Source: Octopus bimaculoides
Lineage: Eukaryota
DNA: 36,365 nt
Assembly (NCBI RefSeq): GCF_001194135.2
Contig: NC_068986.1
Span: 49,740,311-49,776,675, forward strand
Direction: 5' to 3'
Part shown: positions 1 through 11,025 of the stretch, piece after piece
How the letters are laid out: each line of letters opens with the position of its first letter
Position numbering within the stretch: position 1 is the stretch's first letter
The notes under the pieces: generated by a model
The model's input: only the letters and a program-made list of their open reading frames with translations
Told to the model about the DNA's origin: nothing
The model's database searches: none
Position numbers and translations under genes: made by a program

Positions 1-55
<55 letters not shown>

Positions 56-218
56 ACAGGCTTCTTTCAGTTTCTGTCTACCAAATCCACTCACAAGGCT
101 TTGGTCGGCCTGAGGCAATAGTAGAAGACAATTGTCCAAGGTGCCAAGCAGTGGAACTGAACCCGGAACCATGTAGTTAGAAAGAAAGCTTCTTATCACA
201 CAGCTACTACTGCACTTA
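1..218 (-). mobile_element. tRNA-derived SINE, family A, 5' half (runs off window start in its internal microsatellite)
   Basis: Reverse complement has a degenerate A box, B box GGTTCAGTTCC and the CORE-like motif CCTTGGACAATTGTCTTCTACTAT. It aligns by eye with the full copy at 748-1162. Confidence 0.85.
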
Positions 219-747
219 TTGGCATAAATTTTAATGATAAAATCCTATCTGGACCCCATTGGAGAACTCCTGGTCTAGAGTCTTCAACATTCTAGTATGG
301 CTAGCATCACAATGGCTGTGTGGCATGGCTATGATCAAGAGGTAGACTTTGCAGGTAACATCATAGGTTACCCACATAGCAGAGCAGTAGATCTGAATAA
401 GAACCGATGATGAGTGAAGGAGACACTTTGGATCTACTGCAGACAATTTTGCTCTGGTCCCCAGTGGCAGGATAAAATGCATTTAGTACATGCTGTAAAG
501 TGGTTGGTGATAGATAGGAAGGACATCCGGCTTTAGAAATTGTGCCAAAGAAATGAAACATCCAAACAAGATGTGGACCCTATAATTCACAACACAGCCT
601 ACCTACCTACCTGGGTTTTTTTGTTTTTTTTTCTTTACTACATTTATATATATAAACAACTATAAAGCTTTCTCACAACAAATGATTTTGGCAATTTCCT
701 GCGTCACCTGACATGAAGGCAGCAGAGAAGTTTTGCATAAATTCTCA

Positions 748-1162
748 TACTCTTTACTCTTTTTACTCTTTTACTTGTTTCAGTCATGACTGCGGCCATG
801 CTGGAGCACCGCCTTTAGTCGAGCAAATCGACCCCGGGACTTATTCTTTGTAAGCTTAGTACTTATTCTATCCGTCTCTTTTGCTGAACCGCTAAGTGAC
901 GGGGACATAAACACACTAGCATCAGTTGCCAATTGATGTTGGGGGGACAAACACAGACACACAAACATACACACATATATATATTATATACATATATACG
1001 ACAGGCTTTGTTCAGTTTCCGTCTACCAAATCCACTCACAAGACTTTGGTCGGCCCGAGGCTATAGTAGAAGACACTTGCCCAAGGTGCCACGCAGTGGG
1101 ACTGAACCCGGAACCATGTGGTTGGTAAGCAAGCTACTTACCACACAGCCACTCCTGTGCCT
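748..1162 (-). mobile_element. tRNA-derived SINE, family A, full length, low divergence
   Basis: Minus strand: A box TGGCTGTGTGG, B box GGTTCAGTCCC, CORE-like CCTTGGGCAAGTGTCTTC, internal (TA)n/(TG)n, 3' motif GGCGGTGCTCCAGCATGGCCGCAGTC and a (TAAAAGAG)n-like tail. 13 homologous copies occur in the window. Confidence 0.92.
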
Positions 1163-1949
1163 GTGAATTTCTTCCAATCACAACACTGCATTTTTATGAA
1201 TGAAAGCTCATAAAACCATGCATTAAACTCAGGCTCAAGAAAGAGGCAAATTTAAATCCTATGTTTATTTGAATATACATCTTGAATACTGATTTGAAAT
1301 TGCCCCAGTCTTTATAACAAAATCTATATATTAAATCACCAAATGTATGCAAATATACACACACAAAGACACATGTAAAAGGCAAAGTTGAGATGTTAAA
1401 GAAACTTGCCTGTTATTTCTAGCAAACTGAGCAACCATATAAAGGCTCCCGTGTTGGTTTGCACATACTGTTGTAAATGCAGTATCTATACAGATAAAAA
1501 AAAAAAAAAGCAAGGCAAAGCAGTGAATGAGACATTTTAAATGTTTCAAATGTGGGATGAGAATAAATCAGACAAAGAAACATTATTTAATTAACATTGC
1601 GTCCCACACTCATCCGAGTCAGGTACTACTAAATATAAATCTAATTTCACCTACCACTGCCCAAATCTAACACTTCCATTGTAGAATTCTTTTATCAGTA
1701 TACAATTACGAATGCACACGTGGACATACATGAATCCACAAGGACATAAATGTATACACACAAAAGTATATAGATATGCATATACACCCACACACAAGCC
1801 TATACATATCTAGAGTTTCTTAATTGCATATTAAAATTACATAACAGAATTTCATCGGATGTAGAAGCATATTTGTCTTTTTTTATATAAAGGAGCATAT
1901 AAGCATATTGTATTTTGCTCAAAAACACATACACACACACACACATACA

Positions 1950-2275
1950 CATTCAATCAATCAATCAACTTTCCATGTAGATGAACAGTCAAGCCCAAGC
2001 AGTCGAGTTTCGCAGTACAGGTTGTACTATTCATCCTTTCGATTGCTGAATACAAAATGTGGCTCGCAAGACTTCTGTTCAGGAGATTTTTCCTGAGTCA
2101 CCATCTCATACTTGTACACCAATTCACCACAAGATTACCCATTAACAGCTTGTGGACCAAAGTAATGTGAAACGAAATGCTTTGCTCAAGAACACAACAA
2201 AACTGCCAATCTTAAAATTGAAACCATGATCTCACAATCATGAGCGTAACATACCCACCTACTAGGCCATCAAAC
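1950..2275 (-). mobile_element. Old tRNA-derived SINE, family B head, diverged body
   Basis: Reverse complement contains ATGGCCTAGTAGG...TGTTGTGTTCTTGAGCAAAGCATTTCGTTTCACATT, homologous to the head at 25015-25128. Confidence 0.6.
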
Positions 2276-2749
2276 ACACACACCTTTTCTTTCTCACCCA
2301 CCATAACACACTTAAACACACTTATCATCATCATCATTCAATTGCAATCCTCCACCCCTAACAATTCAAGCTTTTCCAATCAAACGTAGTCCCATGTTTG
2401 GGTGACTAGCCTTGGTCAATAACAGAATTTGAAACCCTAAGCAGCAGAACCTGCACTTAGAAACCAGAGAGCCTAAACAGAGGCTGGCAAGAACAGTTTG
2501 TCCAACACACTCAGAATTCCATTGACTGATGCTTTGCCAATGAACTGTGAAACAATACAAGGCAATGCTGATCTCAGCAGGATTTCAACTCTCAATGCAC
2601 AGAGCTGGAACAAATGCTGCAAGGCATTTTATTTGACACTGGCAATTTGCCACAGTTACATGCACATCACTAATCTTGTCATAAATGGCATTAAAATGAA
2701 TATGTTAGATACTGAGTGCATGCTCACAGCATAAATCCCACAAATAATT

Positions 2750-2950
2750 ATCATCATCAACATCATCATAGCTTTGACATCTACTTTTCCATGCTTGCAT
2801 GGATCAGACGGAATTGGCTGAGGAGGATTTTCGGCAGCTGGATGCCCTTCCCATTGCCAATGTTCACTTGTCTCTAAGTAAGGTAATAGTTCCCCATGAC
2901 TAAACATTCTTTTATGGAAGATAAGAAACAAACGGCACTACTTGCAGGAC
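2750..2950 (-). mobile_element. Family E retroposon fragment ((ATG)n tail, RTE-like)
   Basis: (CAT)n followed by TTTTCCATGCTTGCATGG...GCTGGATGCCCTTCC, matching other copies at 2955, 4570, 10170, 10866 and 11474. Confidence 0.65.
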
Positions 2951-2954
2951 AGTA

Positions 2955-3415
2955 ACATCATCATCATCATCACCGTTTAACATCCGCTTTCCATGCTAGC
3001 ATGGGTTGGACGATTTGACTGAGGACTGGCAAGCCAGAAGGCTGTACCAGGCTCCAATCTGATATGGCAGAGTTTCTACAGCTGAATGCCTTTCCCAATG
3101 CCAACCACTCCGAGAGTGTAGTAGGTGCTTTTACGTGCCACCGGCACGAGGGCCAGTCACACAGTACTGGCAACGGCCACACTGGCAACGACCTCGCTCG
3201 AATGATTTTCTNNNNNNNNNNAGGGCCAGTCACACAGTACTGGCAACGGCCACACTGGCAACGACCTCGCTCGAATGATTTTCTAACGTGCCACCAGCAC
3301 AAGTGCTAGAAGGCAACGCTGGTAACAATTACACTCTAATGGTGCTATTTACGGGCCAGACAGCTGCTCTGGCAATGAACACGCTCGACAGTGCTGTTAG
3401 TGCTCCACTAACACT
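2955..3415 (-). mobile_element. Family E retroposon ((ATG)n tail) with internal tandem units
   Basis: CATCATCATCACCGTTTAACATCCGCTTTCCATGCTAGCATGGG...GAATGCCTTTCCCAATGCCAACCACT. The minus-strand motif GTGGTTGGCATTNGGAAGGGCATCCAGC resembles RTE-clade UTR sequence, recalled rather than searched. Confidence 0.7.
3212..3221. other. Assembly gap (10 N) flanked by an identical 63-bp duplication
   Basis: 3149-3211 is identical to 3222-3284. Confidence 0.95.
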
Positions 3416-3845
3416 TATTTAAAATTATCATTCAGGTATGTGGGAAGTTTGAAAATCCCTCATGTAGTGACAACTGTGACCTGCATAGTTACGAGCTGCC
3501 TTTAGGCAAGGCACAGCCCCTGTTCAGCCAACCTGTCAATGGACTGCAGTATAGCAGATTGTGAAGAGGTAGTGAAACAGCTTAACTGAGCTAATGGTGC
3601 TTCTTACATTGATGTTGAGTGGAGAAATCCTAAAAGATTAACAGTCAGGATCAGAAGCAACCGCAACACATCCATAGGGGTGGCATTCATGGGCATGTAA
3701 TCAGCTACTGAAAGATTCACTATGACTCAAGCTCCAAGTTTGAATTAATAATAATGGAACTGGATGGCAATTGAGAGTATTGAGAATCCACAAAAGCAGC
3801 AACAAAAAAAAAAAAATAAAGAAATAAATCTAATAATTATCATGA

Positions 3846-3984
3846 AGGCGCAGGAGTGGCTGTGTGGTAAGAAGCTTGCTTTCCAACCACATGGTTCTGG
3901 GTTCAGTCTCACCTTGGGCAAGTGTCCTCTGCCAAAGCCTCAGGCCGACCTAAGCCTTGTGAATGGAAAATGAAAGAAGCCCGT

Positions 3985-4026
<42 letters not shown>

Positions 4027-4222
4027 TCCCATCCATTGCTTGACAACTGATGTTGGTGTGTTTACATCCACAAAACTTAGTGGTTCGGCAAAAAAGAAAA
4101 AAACCGATAGAATAAGTACTAAACTTACAAAGAATAAGTACTGGGGTTGAATTGTTTGACTAATGACAGTACTCCACCATGGCCAAAGTCAAATAACTAA
4201 AACAAGTAAAAGAATAAAAAAA
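3846..4222 (+). mobile_element. tRNA-derived SINE, family A, near full length
   Basis: GGCGCAGGAGTGGCTGTGTGGTAAG head, GGTTCAGTCTC B box, internal (GT)n at 3988-4025, tail AAACAAGTAAAAGAATAAAA. Confidence 0.9.
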
Positions 4223-4307
4223 TGCAATGTCAAGGCAAGAAAACAGCAACACACACACACATGTACATTTATATGATGAGCTTCTTCTCAAATTATGGCT
4301 ATGAAAT

Positions 4308-4424
4308 GCACTCACAAGGCTTTGGTTGACCTGGGGCAATAGCAGAAGACACTTGCCCAAAGCACCATGCAGTGGGACTGAACCCAACCCCATGTCGTTG
4401 GGAAGCTAACTCCTTAGCACACCT
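4308..4424 (-). mobile_element. SINE family A, 5' fragment
   Basis: CACTCACAAGGCTTTGG...GAAGACACTTGCCCAA...GGGACTGAACCC matches the family A head on the minus strand. Confidence 0.8.
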
Positions 4425-4569
4425 TTTGGACACAAGAAATTTTCTAGGAAAAGAAAAAATAAACCCACGGATAGAACTGACCACAGTATATCACTGGTAC
4501 ACATTTCATTGACATTCCCTGTTCTATGTTTGCATGAATGACAACCATCATCATCATCATCATCTTCCT

Positions 4570-4820
4570 GACCATCACTCCCACCAACACCATCATCGTC
4601 ATTTTAATATGCACATTTTAACACTTGCATGGGTCAGGCAAGATTCAGTGGGATCAACCTTCTACAGTTGAATGCTTTTCCAGCCACTGACCCTCCACCT
4701 GTTTCTCCATAGCCAGAGGCAACAATATTTCCCCCAAGGCCAGGCATGTTTTCATTGAGAGTTGGGAATGGCAACACCATTTATATGACGGTCATGATGT
4801 TTGTTTACAACTATCACTAT
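4570..4820 (-). mobile_element. Family E-related retroposon fragment, diverged
   Basis: (CAT)n plus CTTGCATGGGTCAGG...GTTGAATGCTTTTCC, similar to 2750-2950. Confidence 0.5.
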
Positions 4821-4903
4821 ATATATATATGGTGCACCAGCATGACCGCAGCCACTTGGCTGAAACACATAAATAAATAAATATATATATATATATATAT
4901 ATA

Positions 4904-5574
4904 NNNNNNNNNNNNNNNNNNNNNNNNNNNNNNNNNNNNNNNNNNNNNNNNNNNNNNNNNNNNNNNNNNNNNNNNNNNNNNNNNNNNNNNNNNNNNNNNN
5001 NNNNNNNNNNNNNNNNNNNNNNNNNNNNNNNNNNNNNNNNNNNNNNNNNNNNNNNNNNNNNNNNNNNNNNNNNNNNNNNNNNNNNNNNNNNNNNNNNNNN
5101 NNNNNNNNNNNNNNNNNNNNNNNNNNNNNNNNNNNNNNNNNNNNNNNNNNNNNNNNNNNNNNNNNNNNNNNNNNNNNNNNNNNNNNNNNNNNNNNNNNNN
5201 NNNNNNNNNNNNNNNNNNNNNNNNNNNNNNNNNNNNNNNNNNNNNNNNNNNNNNNNNNNNNNNNNNNNNNNNNNNNNNNNNNNNNNNNNNNNNNNNNNNN
5301 NNNNNNNNNNNNNNNNNNNNNNNNNNNNNNNNNNNNNNNNNNNNNNNNNNNNNNNNNNNNNNNNNNNNNNNNNNNNNNNNNNNNNNNNNNNNNNNNNNNN
5401 NNNNNNNNNNNNNNNNNNNNNNNNNNNNNNNNNNNNNNNNNNNNNNNNNNNNNNNNNNNNNNNNNNNNNNNNNNNNNNNNNNNNNNNNNNNNNNNNNNNN
5501 NNNNNNNNNNNNNNNNNNNNNNNNNNNNNNNNNNNNNNNNNNNNNNNNNNNNNNNNNNNNNNNNNNNNNNNNNN
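4904..5574. other. Assembly gap (671 N)
   Basis: Run of N. Confidence 1.
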
Positions 5575-5990
5575 TTGGCATCGAAAGTTACACAAATAAA
5601 AGAACTGGACGCCATTGCATAGTGCCAAGGACTCCAAATTTGCCATCAAGATGTAGGACAAGATACTGCAATAGCCTGGGCTTCAGAGGTCCACAGCTCT
5701 TCAATATCCTCCCGAAGGACCTGAGAGACTTGCATGCGGTGGATGTAGGTGTCTTCAAGATGAGGCTGAAACTCTTCCTGTCAGGTGTCCCAGATGAATC
5801 AACTTCACGGCAGGAGGTGCAGATGAGAGCGGCTGCATCAAACTCTCTCATGCACCAAATGTCAATTCCTGAAATAAAATTTGTGAAGTAAAATTGTGTA
5901 GCAACACCAAATGGCGGTGCCCCAGCATGGCCACAGCTCATGAGCTGAAACTAGGGAAAATGAAAAAATGAAAATGAAATGAAAATGAAT
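5575..5990 (+). mobile_element. Non-LTR retrotransposon (LINE, CR1/L2 group) 3' end: ORF2 C-terminus, 3' UTR and simple-repeat tail
   Basis: Open frame 5577-5891: GIESYTNKRTGRHCIVPRTPNLPSRCRTRYCNSLGFRGPQLFNILPKDLRDLHAVDVGVFKMRLKLFLSGVPDE...*. The GPxLFNxLPxxLR...FKxxLxxFLxxVPD pattern is typical of post-RT C-termini in CR1/L2-group LINEs. A short UTR and (AAAATG)n tail follow. The 5' side is lost in the gap. Confidence 0.8.
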
Positions 5991-6808
5991 GATACATATA
6001 CACACACATTTATATATATTACATCCATCCATCCACATATATATAGAGATAAAAGAGAGAAGGGGAGAGGAGAGAGAGAGGGAGAAAGAGAATTAAGATA
6101 AGTATTTTTAAAAAGATAAAAACAATGAACACTAGCTGAGTGAAAGAAAAAGAATGCTGCAAATGTGTAGAATCTAATATTTGTATATAAACCATATATT
6201 TATACGTGTGTATGTGTGTGCATGTGTGTGATGACTAAGATGGCAGATCAACTAGACATGCACACAAAATTTAGAAGTCTCCTAATTTTGGCAAATAATA
6301 GACTTTCGTTTAAAATCTCATGTGACATTGTACTGTGGAAACAAATTGATTTGTCAATTCAAGGTTGTTGTCACAGCTAATAAAAGCCTTCAAATATCAT
6401 CAAGATGGAGATGAAGTCTGTGGAATCTATCAGTGCGTTATTTAATACCTTTGGGTTCGAGCATGTCCAGGCCAATCACGGCCTGACCACCTTTTTCTCA
6501 CAAAGGCCACTCGCTACAGCAGTAGTAGTAATACTGAGTGCCTAGTATGAACTGATGGCTGGGGTGGATGGATGGATGGAGGTTGGCATGGCAGTAGCGT
6601 GATGTCAGTGAAGAAACGTCTGTTAGTCAACAACCATCTTTGCAATTTGTAGTATTTTTAGTTTGTCTCCTGCCACTGTGTTATTGATAAAGAATTTCTT
6701 CACTCTGTATGCTCAGACAATTTACTACGCGCGCACTCACACCCTCACATACATGTGCACAGGCGCACACATGCACACACATACACACGCAAAACCTTTA
6801 TCTTGTAA

Positions 6809-7170
6809 TAGTCACTAAATTGTGGCCATGCTGGGGCACTATCTTGAACGGTTTTAGTCATTGAGATCGACCCCAGTACTAATTTTTTTTATTTTACAGG
6901 TTCTTTTGCCAAACTACTAAGTGGCATGAATGTAAATAAACCAACACAGGTTGTCCACAAGTGGTGGGGGACAAACACACACAAAAACAACCTCCATCAC
7001 ACATACACACATATGCATGACTGGCTTCTTTCAGTTTCCATCTACCAAATCCACACACAAAGCTCTTATCAGCCCAAATCTATAGTAGAAAACACTAGGG
7101 CAAGGTGCCACACAGTGAGACTGAACCTAGAACCATGTGGTCAGAAAGCAAACTTCATACTACAAAGCCA
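6809..7170 (-). mobile_element. SINE family A, diverged near-full copy
   Basis: Tail motif GGCCATGCTGGGGCAC, body GGCTTCTTTCAGTTTCC and head GACTGAACCTAGAACCATGTGG are all colinear with 748-1162. Confidence 0.85.
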
Positions 7171-7182
7171 AACGTGTGCATA

Positions 7183-7186
7183 TACA

Positions 7187-7234
<48 letters not shown>

Positions 7235-7245
7235 CATACATACAT

Positions 7246-7297
<52 letters not shown>
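7183..7297. repeat. Compound (TACA)n/(TA)n microsatellite
   Basis: Directly visible tandem repeats. Confidence 0.95.
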
Positions 7298-7299
<2 letters not shown>

Positions 7300-8770
7300 A
7301 TCTTATACAAACATATACTGCATATGTGGGCATGTGTAAATATGTTTGCTTGTGAGTGTGTGTATACACATATGGTTAACATATTGACATATATGTAAAA
7401 ATTATATATATATATATATATATAGTGGAGATCATTAACCAATACATGTGCTTGTATGTGTGTGTCCACATACATGCATGGGTGATGTATGTATAGTTTC
7501 CTCAAACACAGGCTTTACTATATACACACTGGCATATCTCTGTACTGTTCAACACTTCAAATATATATTTATCTAAATCTATTCATCCACTGAAAGGTCC
7601 ATCAACCTAAGCACATAAACAGACCGATATATACACACATATGTGTATGGGTAACTGACTATATGTACGTGTTAAGTACGTGTGCATGCTTCTGTGTGTG
7701 TGTGTGTCTGGAGTGATTCCTGCAAAAGCAGAAAGCAGGCCAAAAATGAGTGAAGCTAATAAACGGTTAATCCTGTGACAACATTAACTCGGAAGCAAAA
7801 ATAACATCGATGGCGTCGGGAGCCAGCAATGGCGGTGCCGGCAGCAGCACGGTTAGCCTGACATTCAAACTGCCAACAGAAATTCTCTGGTGTCACAGCT
7901 TTGGAACCACCGAGGAAAGGTGAAGGTCATTAACCAATAGATTCCAAGAAACGAAAACGAAGTAGTCCTTTTTCTTCTGAGCTGTTTGTCAGTGGAAGCC
8001 AGTGAAGATGCTTCACAAGCCTTGCTCCCGTCATGTCAGAAGATGCTGATATACAAGTGTCAAATAACCAGCAACACATGCACAGGGTGTTTTTGTTTTA
8101 GGCAGTCAGCGCCAGAAATGAAGGAATGATCTGACTCATGTTATCAGGAAATTGATTATCACAGCTTTCAATGGCGTGCAGTATTTTTCTTCCGCTTTCC
8201 TAATGAATCGCATGGAATGCCTATTTATATATATATATATATATATATATGCATACATGCGTGTAAATATATGCATGCACGTCATTGTGTGTATGTGGAT
8301 ATATATACATACGCACACCATTACTTATATGTATATGAATATACCATGATGAATGTGTGTGTGTGAATATATATTCATACATATTGTGTGTGTTTGTATA
8401 TGTGTGTATGTGTATATCTATATATATATATAAAGAAGGAAAATAAAATACCAGGCAAATGAAAAAACACCACATACCAGTATTTGTCACACACAATGGT
8501 TCTGAGCAAACTTAGACACACAGTAAAAGGTTACTTAGCAATACAAACAGGAAAGCAAATTAAAGAAACAATATTGTATTTGCTTAGCTTGAGAGAAAGA
8601 GAGAGAGAGAAATTCAAACTCAGACCCTGAGTTCCACACCATTTCAGTGTTATCTAAAACAATAGAATTACGTATAATTTTATCAATTATTTATGTTTAC
8701 CATTTCTTTTCCCAATATTTATTTATAAGCTGATGAAAAAAAATTGATTTTCCTTTCTCTCTCATATTAA

Positions 8771-9199
8771 CCCTTTTGATACCAACCTGCCTGCAACTGT
8801 TCCTGATTCTATGAGAGAAACTTTTAAGGTGATTAAAATTAAAAACCTTCCCCTAAAATCCTATGTTAATTTATGATTCATGGAGTAGCTTAACCCTTTA
8901 GCATTTACATTATTCTGTCCAAAGTAATGCTCATTTATTCACATTTTTAAAAATTAATGAAGCATTATTTTGTAACTTTCAGATTTTGATGAGGTAACTT
9001 GTTAATTTTTAGAATGATATTGGTTTGAGAGGAGAGATCCGGGGCTGATTTGAACGTAAAACTTCTAGAGTATTTTGGCTGGATATGGTCCGTTTAAATG
9101 CTAAAGGGTTAATAATGACAAGATTATTTTACTAAAACACCTTGTTGCTTTAACTGAAATGAAAGAAGTATTTGAAACATAATTTTAGTAATGAAAGGG
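8771..9199. mobile_element. piggyBac-type MITE (outer element), TTAA target-site duplication
   Basis: TTAA(8767-8770)-CCCTTTTGATAC...GTAATGAAAGGG-TTAA(9200-9203), with an imperfect TIR beginning CCCTTT. Interrupted by an inner MITE. Confidence 0.75.
8894..9108. mobile_element. piggyBac-type MITE (inner element, 215 bp)
   Basis: TTAA(8890-8893)-CCCTTTAGCATTTA...TAAATGCTAAAGGG-TTAA(9109-9112), a perfect 14-bp TIR. Confidence 0.9.
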
Positions 9200-9544
9200 T
9201 TAACAAGCATTTGATGGTTCTGCAAAATTTTTACTTTTAGATGTTGTGAATGAATTACTGTCATGGGTCAAAGAGCTCATAAGAGGGTCTAATGTTTGTT
9301 CAAAGAAGATAGATAGAATGTTGAACAGTTGTCTGATAAAGACCAGCCTACTTTTGGGGAAATACTGCTGGTAGCTGAACTAAAAAAGTAAAACAAAAAT
9401 TAATAATTAATTTTAGAGAACATTCCTACTAGCTAACATTGGACTCTCTCTCACATAGGGAGAGAGAGAATCAAACCTTGTTTATAGATGTGCTTTGGTT
9501 AGCTCACATTAGTTTGTAAGGGGCATAAGGCTAGTTTCGTTGTA

Positions 9545-9735
9545 TGGCGTATATATTTACCCCAGGATGGGATGTTGGTCCATCAGAAGATTACTTATTT
9601 CTATCAGCTGTGTTGACTGGAGCAATATGAAATGAAGTGTTCTGCTCAAGAACACAACACATTGCCTGGTTCAGGAACCAAAACCACAACTTTACAATCA
9701 GGAGTCCAACACTTTAACCACAAAGCCATGCACTT
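9545..9735 (-). mobile_element. SINE family B head fragment
   Basis: Reverse complement CATGGCTTTGTGGTTAAAGTG...TGTGTTGTGTTCTTGAGCAGAACACTTCATTTCATATTGCTCCAGTCAAC matches 25015-25128 and 15230-15367. Confidence 0.7.
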
Positions 9736-10169
9736 CAACATATATGGGTTTGGCTGAAATAAATCCATGGAACGCTCTACATCAGTGAAGGGCATCAGTG
9801 GCCCATGGGACTATCTAAATAGCATGCCTAATGAAAGATTCGCTTAAATTGTTTTAGTGCAGGGCCTGCTTGTTGATGAGCAATGTCTTGTGTGGCCTAC
9901 ATCTCCAAAAAGTTTGCCTATGCTTGCTTTATATGATGCTTCAGAGTACTAGAAGCAGCAGCCAAATCTCACAAATCACACCTAGCTGTCTTAAAAAAGG
10001 GAATAATACAGTCCAAAATCCCCAAATACATTTACATTTGAAAACAATCAGAATAATGGCCATGGCAGGAAAATGCCTGATTGTAAGCAGGCAGGTTCTT
10101 TCAGGGATGACCAGAGTAAAACAACATTGACCTCAGTACAAAACAGGAACTACTTACACTTCCCAACTG

Positions 10170-10560
10170 AATCATCATCATCAACATCCTCCTCCGCCTC
10201 TAACATCCATGTTCCGTGCTAGCATGAGATGGATGGTTTGACCAGATCTGATGTCTGCTTTGCTATGGTTTTTGGCATGTAAAGTGGTTGGCATTAGGAA
10301 TGGCAAAGATACCCTTTCTAATGCCAAACACTTTACAGTGTGGACCATGGACTGGGTGTTTTTCATACCACCTGCACTACTGAGTTTGTCATACCATTCG
10401 CAGTACTTCAAACTATGGGGAAGGTAGGGGCTTCACGCTAAGAGGTGAGGTGATTAATATGAATGTGAGGTGGTGGGGGACAGAGCTGATTTCTGTAGAG
10501 GGATCTACATAACTGCTCACATCTTGAAAGAGGAAGAGAAAACGATAATCAACACAAAAA
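10170..10560 (-). mobile_element. Family E retroposon with an internal inverted duplication
   Basis: (CAT)n plus CATCCATGTTCCGTGCTAGCATG...CTAATGCCAAACACTTTACAG. Hairpin at 10278-10337. Confidence 0.7.
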
Positions 10561-10865
10561 ACAATTAAGAATTAAACAAAAAAAGAGTCATCCAAATATT
10601 AAAATCTCACAGTTCTACTATTTATGTGGAGGTGGCAGTTGAAGAGGGAATGCCAGATAAAAATAAATGTTTCAATGATAAGGTGGGATTTGAACTCAAA
10701 AAGCACAGACATACACCAATTTACATCTCTAGGATGGTACCGTTTCCATCCAACCCACCAAGATAGAAAGAAAATAAAAATAAAGCAGAAATGTTCTCAG
10801 CATGATTTGAACTCAGTGCACTGACAGCCAGAACGAATGCTGAGGTAATTTATTCAACACTCTAA

Positions 10866-11025
10866 TCATCATCATCATCGTTGTTTAACAGCCATCTTTC
10901 ATGCATGCTTGGGTAGGACACTTTACAGGAGCTGGCCAGGTAGAAAAACTATCTTAAGCTACTGTGTCTGTTTTGGCAGAGTTTTTACAGTTGGACGCCC
11001 TTCCTAACACCAACCACTCTGCCAG
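10866..11025 (-). mobile_element. Family E retroposon fragment
   Basis: CATCATCATCGTTGTTTAACAGCC...GGACGCCCTTCCTAACACCAACCACT. Confidence 0.7.

Noticed and set aside
3149-3284. 63-bp exact direct repeat with a short spacer, superficially CRISPR-like
   Set aside because: The spacer is a 10-N gap. This is an unmerged contig overlap in eukaryotic DNA with no cas genes.
6926-7505. ORFs rich in YI/HT/CV/VV/LL/TT repeats here and throughout the window
   Set aside because: They are translations of (AT)n, (CA)n, (TAG)n and (TGG)n microsatellites and SINEs, with no domain content.
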